From positions 1 to 64,000 of the forward strand of contig NW_026923228.1 in the NCBI RefSeq assembly GCF_032062105.1: a stretch of DNA of 64,000 nucleotides, given 5' to 3'. Each line of letters begins with the position of its first letter. The first letter of the stretch is position 1. A program made the translations under genes and the position numbers. Origin of the DNA: Saccostrea cucullata. Lineage: Eukaryota. Below are positions 11,920-23,161 of the stretch, piece after piece. The notes beneath the pieces were generated by a model. It did no database searches. It was given only the letters and a program-made list of their open reading frames with translations, and had not been told where the DNA came from.

Positions 11920-12824
11920 GCCCAATCAGTAGGCAATTGCTGACTTCATCTCTTTCATCATCCACAGCCCTAGCATATCGCAAAAGTTGGCAGTATTTAC
12001 TGAAATGGAAGCCAGGACTTTCACTACCAATATCGGTGACTGATGTATGTAACTTCATTGGTGTATTGTTCTCCAATAACTACTCCCCCAGTTCTATTTT
12101 ATCACATATGTCGGCTATCAGTTTTGTTCATAAAATTTGTAATATGTCAGACCCCACTCAGGCATTTGTGGTTAAGAAAATTCTTAAAGGCTGTCAAACA
12201 TTGGGCCCAAGGAAAGACACTCGCTTACCAATAACTGCACCTATTCTACAAAGACTAGTACAGGCCCTTGATCACACAGTCAAACTCTTCTCGCTAAGAG
12301 TGCTGTTTCGTGCAGTGTTTTTGATGGCTTTCCATGCGTTTTTAAGGTTAGGGGAACTAACAGTGAAATCTGCAAAGGGTAGCGATAAAGTTTTGCAAAG
12401 GGAAGATGTAACATTTGAACACAAATCAAACTCGATTGTAGGAGTTCAAATCATCATGAGAGAATACAAAACAAACAAACACAACAAACCGTTAGTAATT
12501 TACCTGCAAGCAAGTCCAAATTCCCAATATTGTCCAGTTCAGGCATTGTCTAACTATGTTCAAACTTTCAACCACAAGACTGGACCTTTGTTTCAAACAA
12601 TGGATGGTTCACCTGTGTCTTATTCATTAGTAACTACACATTTGAAGACTGCAATACAATTTATTGGATTAGATACAGATAGCTTTAAGGGTCACAGTTT
12701 CAGGATTGGTGCTGCTACTCATGCAGCCTCCTTAGGCTATTCTGAACAAGTTATTCAAAAATTAGGCAGGTGGAATTCTGATGCCTTTCGTCGATACATT
12801 AGAATCCAGTCATTTAAAATATAG
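11916..12824 (+). CDS. Tyrosine recombinase (ORF3) of the Ngaro element; start uncertain (frame open from 11841)
   Basis: Catalytic set R (FLRLGE), K (YKTN), HxxR (GHSFRIGAAT), W (LGRWNS), Y (RRYIR). Confidence 0.95.
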   Translation: MSPISRQLLTSSLSSSTALAYRKSWQYLLKWKPGLSLPISVTDVCNFIGVLFSNNYSPSSILSHMSAISFVHKICNMSDPTQAFVVKKILKGCQTLGPRKDTRLPITAPILQRLVQALDHTVKLFSLRVLFRAVFLMAFHAFLRLGELTVKSAKGSDKVLQREDVTFEHKSNSIVGVQIIMREYKTNKHNKPLVIYLQASPNSQYCPVQALSNYVQTFNHKTGPLFQTMDGSPVSYSLVTTHLKTAIQFIGLDTDSFKGHSFRIGAATHAASLGYSEQVIQKLGRWNSDAFRRYIRIQSFKI

Positions 12825-12930
12825 GCATTTGTAAATATACATTGTATTTCTCATTGACATACTCGACTCGATGCTACCATAAAAGCCTTCTCAGGGGTTT
12901 ACATTAAATGTCAAAATTACAATAGGTAAC

Positions 12931-13126
12931 TGATCTAAACCGTCTAAAGAAAACGTAACATACAGTCGGAACCAGGTCAGAAGTCATCTGTTGGTTTCGT
13001 ATTGTATCCATAAAGATTTATAGTCCGAAATGATCTAAACTGTCTAAAGAAAACGTAACATACAGTAGGAACCAAGTCAGTAGTCATCTGTTGGTTCCGT
13101 ATTGTATCCATAAAGATTTAAAGTCC
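12931..13126 (+). repeat. Two tandem 100-bp units downstream of the YR ORF
   Basis: TGATCTAAAC... starts at 12931 and 13031, with a few substitutions between copies. Confidence 0.9.
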
Positions 13127-13534
13127 CAATTACATTCTCTTTTGTTGGTCAGAAGTGGTCTGCAGCTATAGGGCCCAATTTGCATGCAGCTTAGCCTAGG
13201 TTTCACATTTTTGTTGACGGGGCAGAAGTCGTCTGCAATCAACAAGTCCAATACTAAGAACTAGAACTGCCATTGTGCCTGGCTTGTACCGGTAGTCCAC
13301 GTTTATTGTATTTTCCTAAAAGCATTTTTATAGTTGAAAGCCTTTTACAGTTTTCGATAACATTTAGTAGTTACTGTTGTATGTTTTATATTGTACCTGT
13401 AAATATGTAGATATAGAAACTTGTCTGATATTTACAATTTTAAAAATTTTATACATTTTTTTATGGCTTGTGTTTTGCGTCTCCTGCCAAGACGCCTTTG
13501 GGTGGGTGGATCCAATTTGCAATTGGATTGTGGC

Positions 13535-13981
13535 TGTGTTTTATGTTCTTTTACCCACCTTTTTTGATAGCAGGCAGCAATGTAACACATTTATTTTCAT
13601 GTATGTTTAGAACTTTTTATGTTTAATAGGGGGTCAACTGAAGATATATAATATGTATACTATACATGACAATGTTTTTCCAGGTTTTGATTTCTTAATT
13701 AGTCTGCTGGTTGATCCCCCTTTTTTCTATTGTATATCATTTACAATGACATTATGGTGCTGGGGGTCAGATTGTGCAATATTGTGATAAAGATATGTAA
13801 TATTTTATATTTAAGTCCCCTTTCCTGACCCCCTTTCTTGTATTGTAAATATGTTTTACTACTTTTACGTCATTTACTTCAATAAATGACATTTTTCACT
13901 TCAATGATGTTGTTTGTTTTTGCCTGCTTTAGCCAAAAAACAAGCTCAGTTGTCTGGCAGGAGAACTAAGGAACATAAATA
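13535..13981 (+). repeat. Split direct repeat B1 (copy B2 at 14262-14708)
   Basis: Apparently identical 447-bp copies at offset 727; each holds AATAAA followed by a GT-rich tract. Confidence 0.95.
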
Positions 13982-15149
13982 AGTTATTATTGTAAATAAT
14001 GACCTTTATGTGACATGTTCTTGTATATTTCTTTATATTAAATTATTGTATAACAATGTCTCTTTTGTAATAGACTTATGCAATGTGTCATCCGGGCTTT
14101 ACTTATGTAACTTGATTTACCCCTTTCCGTATTGTTTTCAACCAATCAGCAAAGCGCTTTGCTATCACGTGTCCATTGTTTATCTTTTTGCCAGAAGAGA
14201 AAGTCACGTCATTTGTACTGCTCAATTTTTTGTACCCACCATCCATCCCCTTCTTCCTCCATGTGTTTTATGTTCTTTTACCCACCTTTTTTGATAGCAG
14301 GCAGCAATGTAACACATTTATTTTCATGTATGTTTAGAACTTTTTATGTTTAATAGGGGGTCAACTGAAGATATATAATATGTATACTATACATGACAAT
14401 GTTTTTCCAGGTTTTGATTTCTTAATTAGTCTGCTGGTTGATCCCCCTTTTTTCTATTGTATATCATTTACAATGACATTATGGTGCTGGGGGTCAGATT
14501 GTGCAATATTGTGATAAAGATATGTAATATTTTATATTTAAGTCCCCTTTCCTGACCCCCTTTCTTGTATTGTAAATATGTTTTACTACTTTTACGTCAT
14601 TTACTTCAATAAATGACATTTTTCACTTCAATGATGTTGTTTGTTTTTGCCTGCTTTAGCCAAAAAACAAGCTCAGTTGTCTGGCAGGAGAACTAAGGAA
14701 CATAAATACATTTATTTCTCTTTCAATCTTCAAGATTATTGATTACAATGTACAAGGAAAACAGTAAATATTCTAACAAGCCTTTTTTTTTTTACTCCTT
14801 ACAAAAAAAATTACAGCAGTGAAGGAGAAACTTCAGTAGTACTGTAGGAATATTTACTCAATAACAGGTGTAAATCATATATGAACACTTATAAACTCAA
14901 AGAAACGTTTAGAAAACTTGAATTACATCATAACGTACACTTTGCTACAAATATTCCAATAGATTGAAGTCTAGGCTTTTTCACATCATAGACAACTGCT
15001 TTTCCGAGAAAAATGGAATTCATAATTAAATCTACCTTTTCGTTGATCATTTACTAAATTGTTTTGTTAAAAACTACCTGATTGTACACACAAGTACTCT
15101 AAAGTAGATACTAAAAATATTCTTGATTTTCTATGTCATTTTCGGAGAT

Positions 15150-15870
15150 TAGGTCTTCCAACAATCTTTGTGGAATTCCCCTGGATATATATTGTGCTTC
15201 GTTATAAGCAGACAAATAGTTTTATATTCAAATGATTGAAATTTATTCAAACCCTGTCTTTGAGAAAAAAGGACACACTTGCTTTACCCTTTATCTCGAC
15301 ATTTTGATATGTCGACGACGTCTTCTTTATTAGCAAATTTTCTTACCATTTATATGGCGACTCGTTATATGCAATTGGGATTGAAATAATTGATAGCACA
15401 GAGTCTAATACATATGATTCATAATAATATATTCTATTAGAAATCGACGAAACCTAACAATAAAGCTTTATCAAAAAAGAGATGATGACTTCAACTTTTC
15501 AATCGTCAACTTCCCTTACTTATGTAGCAATATACCATTATCACCAACAAATGGAATTTGCAGTTATTCGATTAGCAGGCTTTTCGTAGGAAAATTTCTG
15601 AAACGAGGCAAGCTATTGACAAACAAGTTTATGTAAAAAAAAAAGATATGAATAGTCTTGTTTAAAGTTATCAATTTGCAAGTTGTTTGCCGATTCAATG
15701 ACCATGTCAGCAAATACAACCTATCATTAAGTCACACTGACTGTTAGGAAATTCTGTCTAAGGTCTTTTCTTTTTCCTCCGCTCACCGTGACTAATCGAC
15801 AAAGGATGCTCACTCCTATATGGCACCTTGTTTTCGGTAGTCCGTGTTTTCTCTACTCCCGAATTGTATC
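15150..15870 (+). pseudogene. Decayed Penelope-like retroelement RT fragment
   Basis: Broken-frame motifs GIPL..CA.L.AD (15172), YVDDV, LEIIDSTESN, KRDD.FNFSIVNFPYLCSNIPLSP; many stops and indels. Confidence 0.7.
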
Positions 15871-18800
15871 ACTTTATTTAAATGGACTTTGAGTCTGAGT
15901 AATATTTGTTATCCCCATACTTATTTAAATATCAGAAACAAATTAATAAATCACCAATTCGTGGAATGCAGCAAACGATTTCAAAAATCAAATTGTAACT
16001 TTTATTCAGTTATGCAAAATTTAAACAGAGACACGGCACCTTAATTACAATTTGATATGCAGTGTCAAAACCTGCATACACTTTTATATTCATCTAGTGC
16101 AATTATTCAATGCAAATATAATATTGTGAATTTACTATTGAAAACATTATAAAGATTTCATTTCTTGATTGTTCATAAAAGAATAATAAACAAACAAGTG
16201 TTAAATGTTCCTATATTTCTATACAGATATGTTTCAAAATATGTCGGAAATCCGGGTCACAGTTGGTTTTCTTTCATCTTTTCAATTAACGATAACAATC
16301 GAGTTATCTTTCCAATAAAACAAGGACAATAAGTAATTCATTCCGATACATGCCAAAAAAAAGATATCCTACACAATGACTTTATGTTATATTAAAATAC
16401 TTCATCAAGGCAGCGTTTGTGTTGGAATTCGGTTGTATATAATGATTTTCATACAGGAAAGTTTGATGTTATACAGTCAATTGATTATGGCCTATCTGAG
16501 GCAGTCCTGGAGGCATCCTAGTGGAGGTCTATTGACTTTATCACCTGCTTTGTACAGTTTTTGACTTTAAGGGGACAATTTTAGATGCATGTGTCTTCTT
16601 AAATAACCATTGTATTGATTATATCGACCTAAGAATTTCGGTCTAAGTAGAGAATGAAAGCTGAAATGAAAATATAATCTTGTAAGACTTGAAGGGGTTA
16701 TATCAAATAGATTTGTTTTATTTCTGTATAAAAGCAATATCTAGTCTGAGAGACTCATTACTTTGAACTTTCAAACTTAGATATTCTATTTTTATAGTGT
16801 CCATAATGTCCCTGTCTTTCTTTTTACTTGTATCTTAAACGTTGTTCTCAACTATGCAACATCTTTTCTTATTATACTACATTAAGCTTTAGAAATGTTA
16901 ATCAAAACATAAATAACAGTTTGTGATGCTATTCAAGTAGATGGTAACATGTAAATATACTTTTTCTTTGTATTTTTAATTTGGGCAAAACCACAGCAAT
17001 TAGTTTTTTTAAATGTCTGCAAATTCAGGTTTATGCTAACGAAAACAGACCAAAATGATAGAGAATTCCTCAAACAAGTGTAACAAAAACAGTCTTGAAC
17101 TTAATAATATTTTCTACTGTTTTCCATCTACTAGTATACAAATCTATATTTCCTTTATTTTCTTTATCCAAAGATTTGAAAGTATGAATTCAGTTCTAAA
17201 TAAAATTTCTTAAGTTTATATAAAACTTTCCATGTCTCATCGTCTAGAAGATATGTCCTTAAAGTTATTTCAGATATTTCTTCGACATTGGCGACAACAT
17301 AATTTGGCGTGAGTGCAGGATCATTATCTTGTAATCTGTACCCAAAATAAGCAAGTACCAGGCTAAATGGAATGAAAATTGTATTTACGTCCAGTAGTGC
17401 AAATTTAGCTAATTCTAATAGTGGCTGATTTTGTTCCTCAACTGATTAGAAAATAAATCTGTAGACGTGAGGATGTTCACATCTTGTACTTTTCAATAAA
17501 TGGAATGTTCCCTATAATCTCCAAAATTCGAAATTGACACACACATTCTTGTTTGAAAACATTTCGATCTAGGATGCAACATAATTATGGCCAAAAAAAA
17601 AACAATAAAAAAACAAGAAAGCTAGACAAAGAATGCATATAGAGTCAATTTCTTTTGCAGAAGACTTTAACTGAATACGCTAAGTTAAAAAACAAGGTTG
17701 GAAGTCCAACTAAGACGCAGCAGATAGTTTCCAGGCAAGTAAGTAAAAATAGAAGCTATATTTCAATTTTTCGCTCTAGGCATTCTGTGTGAGTTAAATA
17801 TTAAAAACGGAGTATTTAATTTTCTATTTAAATAAACAAATACATTATTTTAACCACAAAATTTGAGTAATTTATATTTCAAGTAATTAGATAATTAGGC
17901 TCTTGATTTCTATAAATGACACTAATTACAATTTGTATGTAAAATATCGACAAATATTTCACCATATATGTCTACAATTCTGCTATTATTGCTATACTGG
18001 ATATACGTATATCCCTTCCAAAACATACACAAATACGAACCATGAAATTAAGATATATGTTTTGAGGTTTTAACAAATTTTAGTGATTTGTTTTTTAGTA
18101 TAAGACAATTCACCTCCACTTCTCCCCCTCCTCCTTCTGGATCCGTGCATGCATTAGTAGCAGGTTTTTGATCAGTTTTAATTACATGTATATATTATAT
18201 GTGCGAGGTTATCGAAAACGGAGTTATATAGAATAGGTATGTATTCAAGCTTTCTTAATGATTGTCTGGTCGTTATTTGGTCTGCCAGTATCAACTTACA
18301 TGTATCTAAATCGGAATTTGTACATGATATCGATATTGTTAACCCACATCTACTAATCAGAACATTAAATAACCAAAACGAAATTAATTGTCATTCCAAT
18401 TACAAACAAGTGATTAATTTGTTTATAAATTGATAAACTATCAAACGCTATCTTTTTAACATTTTCTTAATGCTTAAAACATTGCATGTCGATAACAAGA
18501 AATACAGCTATCAAGAGAATGTTTGTTGAAAAGATAAAAGTTAAAGACATTTTATTTCATTCATGAATTTGTAAATTTTTCTATCAATGTTAGAATTCTT
18601 TCCTAAAAAGATCATTTACAGGTGACCGGCTTGGCAACGCTTGTTTTGAAGTTTATTAGATTTGAAACGGAATGTTGTCAACTATTACCTGTGGTTTGTG
18701 GTTTATACAACACACAGGTACGAACCGTCGTGTTCTGCTACACAGGTACATGAATATTATGTTATACTAAAGTTCTCTAAATTCCAGAATGTAAAGGTCA

Positions 18801-19079
18801 AAAAGTTTCCGGTCATTTCGAGAGGTATTTTTTAAAATTTATTTAAAAAATTAATTAATAGTCATTAAATGTTTTACTAATTACTTAATATTTTTGTTTT
18901 GTAATTTATTCCAGTAAAGTGGTTTATCTATGCATAGAGACAGAATTCAGAGAAATATAATTGTTCATACTGAAAAGACCAATCCGAATCTGTTATTATA
19001 ATCACAATTTTATTTCTAAGACATCAGAGTATAAGAACAAAAGTCTATTCAAACAATACAAATCAGTAGCAGAACAATT

Positions 19080-20230
19080 AAGGACCTCTAAAACACATAA
19101 GGTGGGATCAGGTACCATGCTGAAGCAAGCATTTCCTCCCAACTAGTCACACCCGCCGCGTGCTCCTTTGTCATGATTGGGAAAACAGAACAATCCCCAG
19201 AAATTTAGTTTTTATTTGTCTAAATATTAGTATTAAAAACGTCAGTCATCATTTAGTCTAATGACCTTTTTTGCTGACATTGTATCGATGAAAGATGTGA
19301 TGATAACAAACAGTATTCAATCTGGAAAGTCAATAAAACAATACAAACTGGGGGCAGAGCAAACACGGACCCCCAAACATCAGAGGTATGATCAAGTTGA
19401 CCATAGAACATGAGAAATATTGACTTTGAACAAAAAAATATGTAAATAACGAAAACTTTTGATATGATTGTTTCATCAACTTGTATGAGAAAAGCTTACC
19501 TCCTTTTAGAAATTGTTTTTACGCAGAACATGCTCTTGCGTATCAAATCAACCCCAAATGCTAGTGATAAATGTGTATTGCTGCATCAGGAGAAAAAGTT
19601 GATGATTGAAAACTTGAAGTCATCATGTCTATCACAAAGCTTTGATGTTACGTTACCCTTATCATCCTATTCCAGTTAAATATCTAAATACGGAACAGAG
19701 GTGTTCGATTCTATGATTTCAAGCTCACAAGAATATACAGAGTCGACATATGAATCAAAGTAACTATTGTTAATTGATAATCTTCTGCATCGTCTCAAGC
19801 CACGGTTCGGAGTCCGCATATAGCTCTCCGGAATGGGAAAGGATCGTACATTTTGGCCGTGGTTTGCGACGTCGATAAACATGTATCTAAATTTCAACTT
19901 ATAGGCAAAAGCAAGTTTTCTTTCTTCTCAAATATAAGACTCTGAATAAATTCTTTTTCTCAAGAACACAAATATAGCTTTAGGTCATCTAATAACTGAG
20001 GCAAAACCCAAGGGAATTCTGTTGTTAAAAAACGACATAGATATTGTTAATCAGACACTTAGACATATTTTTCATGTTTACGTCAGAGTTCTTGGGTGGA
20101 CAATCAGAATGTTTATTATAAAATAAGTTTGCAAGTGACCAATGACTTACTACAAGGTATATTTAAGAGCTCCATTTTTATTGAAAACGCAGCTGTCGAA
20201 TTGAATATTGTCAAGAGACCAGGAATTTAA
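19080..20230 (-). pseudogene. Decayed Penelope-like retroelement RT and 3' fragment
   Basis: Minus-strand FRY..D...LSINNSYFDSYVDSVYSCELEIIESNTSVPYLDI. Its 3' tail resembles the copies near 3230, 6180 and 23650. Confidence 0.65.
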
Positions 20231-20511
20231 TATATCGAGAATTCGAAAGTGTTGGTGTTATTTGTTTTTGGTGAAATTTTGTGATTTATATATTTTTAAA
20301 AGTGCTTTGGAAACGTTTTAGTACCCACGTGATTTACGTTACTTTTCGAATACCATAATGCTGTATAGTACTCCTGGAATTTGTCTTTCAATGCTGTTAA
20401 TATGTTAGTGAAGAGTAAAGAAAAAGACGTGGTAGAACATTTACTGGAACCTCCTGTGTATCTTTGTTTAAAAGGATTTTAAAGTTATGAAATTTCGGAA
20501 TCAAGTGTATA

Positions 20512-21256
20512 CATTGGCGGATCCAGAGGGGGGGGGGGGGGGGTTCCGGGGGTTGGAACACCCCCTTTATTTTTTGGAGAGTGAGAGGGGATAAAACGTT
20601 TTCCGAGATTATATACATTTGTATTTGTACGTCCCACTTATTTATTGAATACAGCGATTCTCACACATTAAGTTTCCTCCAATCACCTTCTCTATTATAC
20701 TTTTTTTTTGAGAGAATGATAGAAAATAGTCTACTTATTTTCATATATCTAGATCTTGTATGTAGCATGCGAAGTTTAAAATGATATTGGATTCCCGCGA
20801 TCTTTGGCTGTGTTGGCTATACTTGTACCGTTTTTTATCATATCTAGATCTATTGAAGGAACTAACATGTAACTCTGTTTTAAAGCCCACCCGCATCCCA
20901 CCCCAAAAAAAGTTTTTCAAATTCTTAAAGAAAATTCTTTATACTCTTCGGAAATGATACAAATCCATTCATTTTTAAGGCTTCCGTAGTTTTTGAAACG
21001 TGTTTTTTTTTTTTGGTTTTGTTTTGTTTATTTTGTATTTGTTGTTTTGTTCGTACTGGGGGTACGCTTTAAAAAAAATTTAAAAAAATAAATAAAAAAA
21101 GGGCCATAAAACAAAGATAGTATTTAGCACAACCTTAGATATTTCCATACAAGTCTGTGAATCTTTGCTTGAGAGTATGTATTGGGGGGGGGGGGGGGGG
21201 TAAGAGAGGAACAACCCTGGAACCCCCCCTTTCAAAAATTGCTGGATCCGCCCCTG
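20512..21256. mobile_element. Non-autonomous DNA transposon (MITE), 7-bp TSD, superfamily unassigned
   Basis: TIRs CATTGGCGGATCCAG / CTGGATCCGCCCCTG; GTGTATA at 20505-20511 and 21257-21263. Confidence 0.8.
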
Positions 21257-22559
21257 GTGTATATATGGTAATTCAATTTCATTTCGGAAATATTAGAAAT
21301 ATTTTAAACTGACAAATGATTTTGAAGAGTTTCCGCCTTAGAAAGGGGGCTATTACTGTATATGTTGGATTACCACTAGCAGAATCATATCTATATTCCG
21401 CCAAACTACATTTAAGATAATTATCAAATCCTTAAAAACAAAGACAATATTGTTACCTGCTATGAAAGTCGATAACTTACTGCACCCATATATAATCTTA
21501 TTCTTTTTTCACTTCTGAACTACTGAACACAGAAGAATAGATTTAATATATTGTAATGCGAGATTTAAACATCTATTTGATAGTTTTCTCCATGTGTTTT
21601 TTGACAAAGTGTCATGGTATTCTTTTCATGTGGCGTAATCTTTCACAGAATTAATAATATTTATGAAATTATATGACTCAGAGCTTACCTAGATTTTAGA
21701 CCTTTTACAAGAAGTGATTTGAGGTCCTCATTATTATATTAACGTCAGCAGTAATGACGTTTTCATGCAGCAGGACTATAAGTAAATGGTGAAGAAGAAC
21801 ATGAACATGTTGATGGATTGTGTTTCCAAAGTTCGATATCTAGCTAGGGCAGGTTGACTTTTCAGGCAAAGAACAATAGTCGATGTATATAAGTAGGAAA
21901 TATCAGGAGAGGACTTATAATGCAAGACTGGGTCCCTTTGTGGTATTAAATGTGATTAAATTAACCCCGTCAGTTCCGGATATTTTATTGAAATGTTGAA
22001 TTTTAAGAAAAATGAATAAAAATACTTTAATAATTTTGTCCAAAATACATGTAAGAACATGACATAAGAGAGTAAAGCCACTTTCACAGTAGTTGTAAAA
22101 TAAATTGATATCAAAAGTTTGAGAAATCATAAGCTTTTGGGACCCTTTAGAATACAGATTACTGATAATTCAAGGTTTAATTTCAGGCAATAATCTTTAA
22201 CCCTGTGGTTCAAGATCTCACCAAATCCCTTTAGCCTTGAATATATTTGTCATTTTTCTAATACATCCTTTAAATTCTTACTTTTATTTATCTTGTCTTG
22301 AACCATTACAGACAATACCATCTTTGTATAAGAGTTCATGGACAACTTGTTTATATGATCGCTTACAAAAGAGACAAAATGACCTTTTCAGTCATCGTAA
22401 CGGTACCGTATCTATGATTGTTGACACGTTGTTTTGACGTGGAAAGGTTTATGTTTGTCTAAGACTAGTGTCATTTAAAGAAAATAATATACTATCGGGT
22501 CATCTTTTTGTCAACTGGGACAGGTAGAAAAACATTCAAAGTGTGATAACTCATACAGA

Positions 22560-22860
22560 TGTAATGGTTAAGGCCGTGGATATCGGCCTGGATAAAAGAG
22601 CACCTGACTAGTGATGCAGATTCCCGGTCCAGCCATGCATTTTCTCCTTTCCTGTTACAGATTTGTTGCCGTTGACCACCCCTGGAATTGCAGGTGAAAG
22701 TCCTGCCAGGGGCAATAAGAACTTGGGTTGTGTCTTCGAGGGCGAAGACCATTTAAGGAGGGAGGAATGTAATGGTTCGGGCCGACGATATCGGCCTGGA
22801 TAGTGGTAGAGCACCTGACTAGTGATGCATAAGCCATGCATTTTCTCCTTTCCTGTTACA
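22560..22860 (+). mobile_element. TRIM (miniature non-autonomous LTR retrotransposon) with tRNA-like LTRs, Ajax-like
   Basis: LTRs TGTAA...TTACA at 22560-22659 and 22768-22860; TSD CAGA (22556-22559, 22861-22864). PBS-like TGTTGCCGTTGACC follows the 5' LTR and PPT AAGGAGGGAGGAA precedes the 3' LTR. GTGGTAGAGCACCTGACTAG is tRNA D-arm/anticodon-arm-like. Confidence 0.8.
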
Positions 22861-23161
22861 CAGAAAAAAAACTACAGAGAAATTATAAAAAACTGGTGTG
22901 TACTTATAAATGCGTCAAAAATTATTAAAAAATACAGTTTATAATCATTATTTGTGTGCAGTCTGTATCCTGGAATTTAAGGAGATAGAAATATATAACG
23001 TTCACAGTACTGTAAAAATAAAGTCCAAATTGATATATAACCAACTTTTCAAGTCTCCTGTCAATAAAGGACTTGTATAGTAGAGCATTTTCTGGATCCT
23101 GCGTGTGTCTTGTTTGTAAGGACTTTACCGAAGGGCATGGCTTTTACAATTTTGGTAAAAG

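Larger units (their letters stand above)
7303..14708 (+). mobile_element. Ngaro-type (DIRS order) tyrosine-recombinase retrotransposon, full length, split direct repeats A1-[SGNH, gag, RT/RH, YR]-B1-A2-B2
   Basis: A1 7303-7558 = A2 13979-14234 (256 bp); B1 13535-13981 = B2 14262-14708 (447 bp). Gag, RT/RNase H and YR ORFs are uninterrupted and no methyltransferase domain is seen. ATA trinucleotide at both ends and at the B1/A2 junction. Confidence 0.95.

Noticed and set aside
11916-12824. Phage integrase or bacterial contamination
   Set aside because: The YR is part of a DIRS-order retrotransposon with gag, RT/RH and split direct repeats, embedded in eukaryotic sequence.
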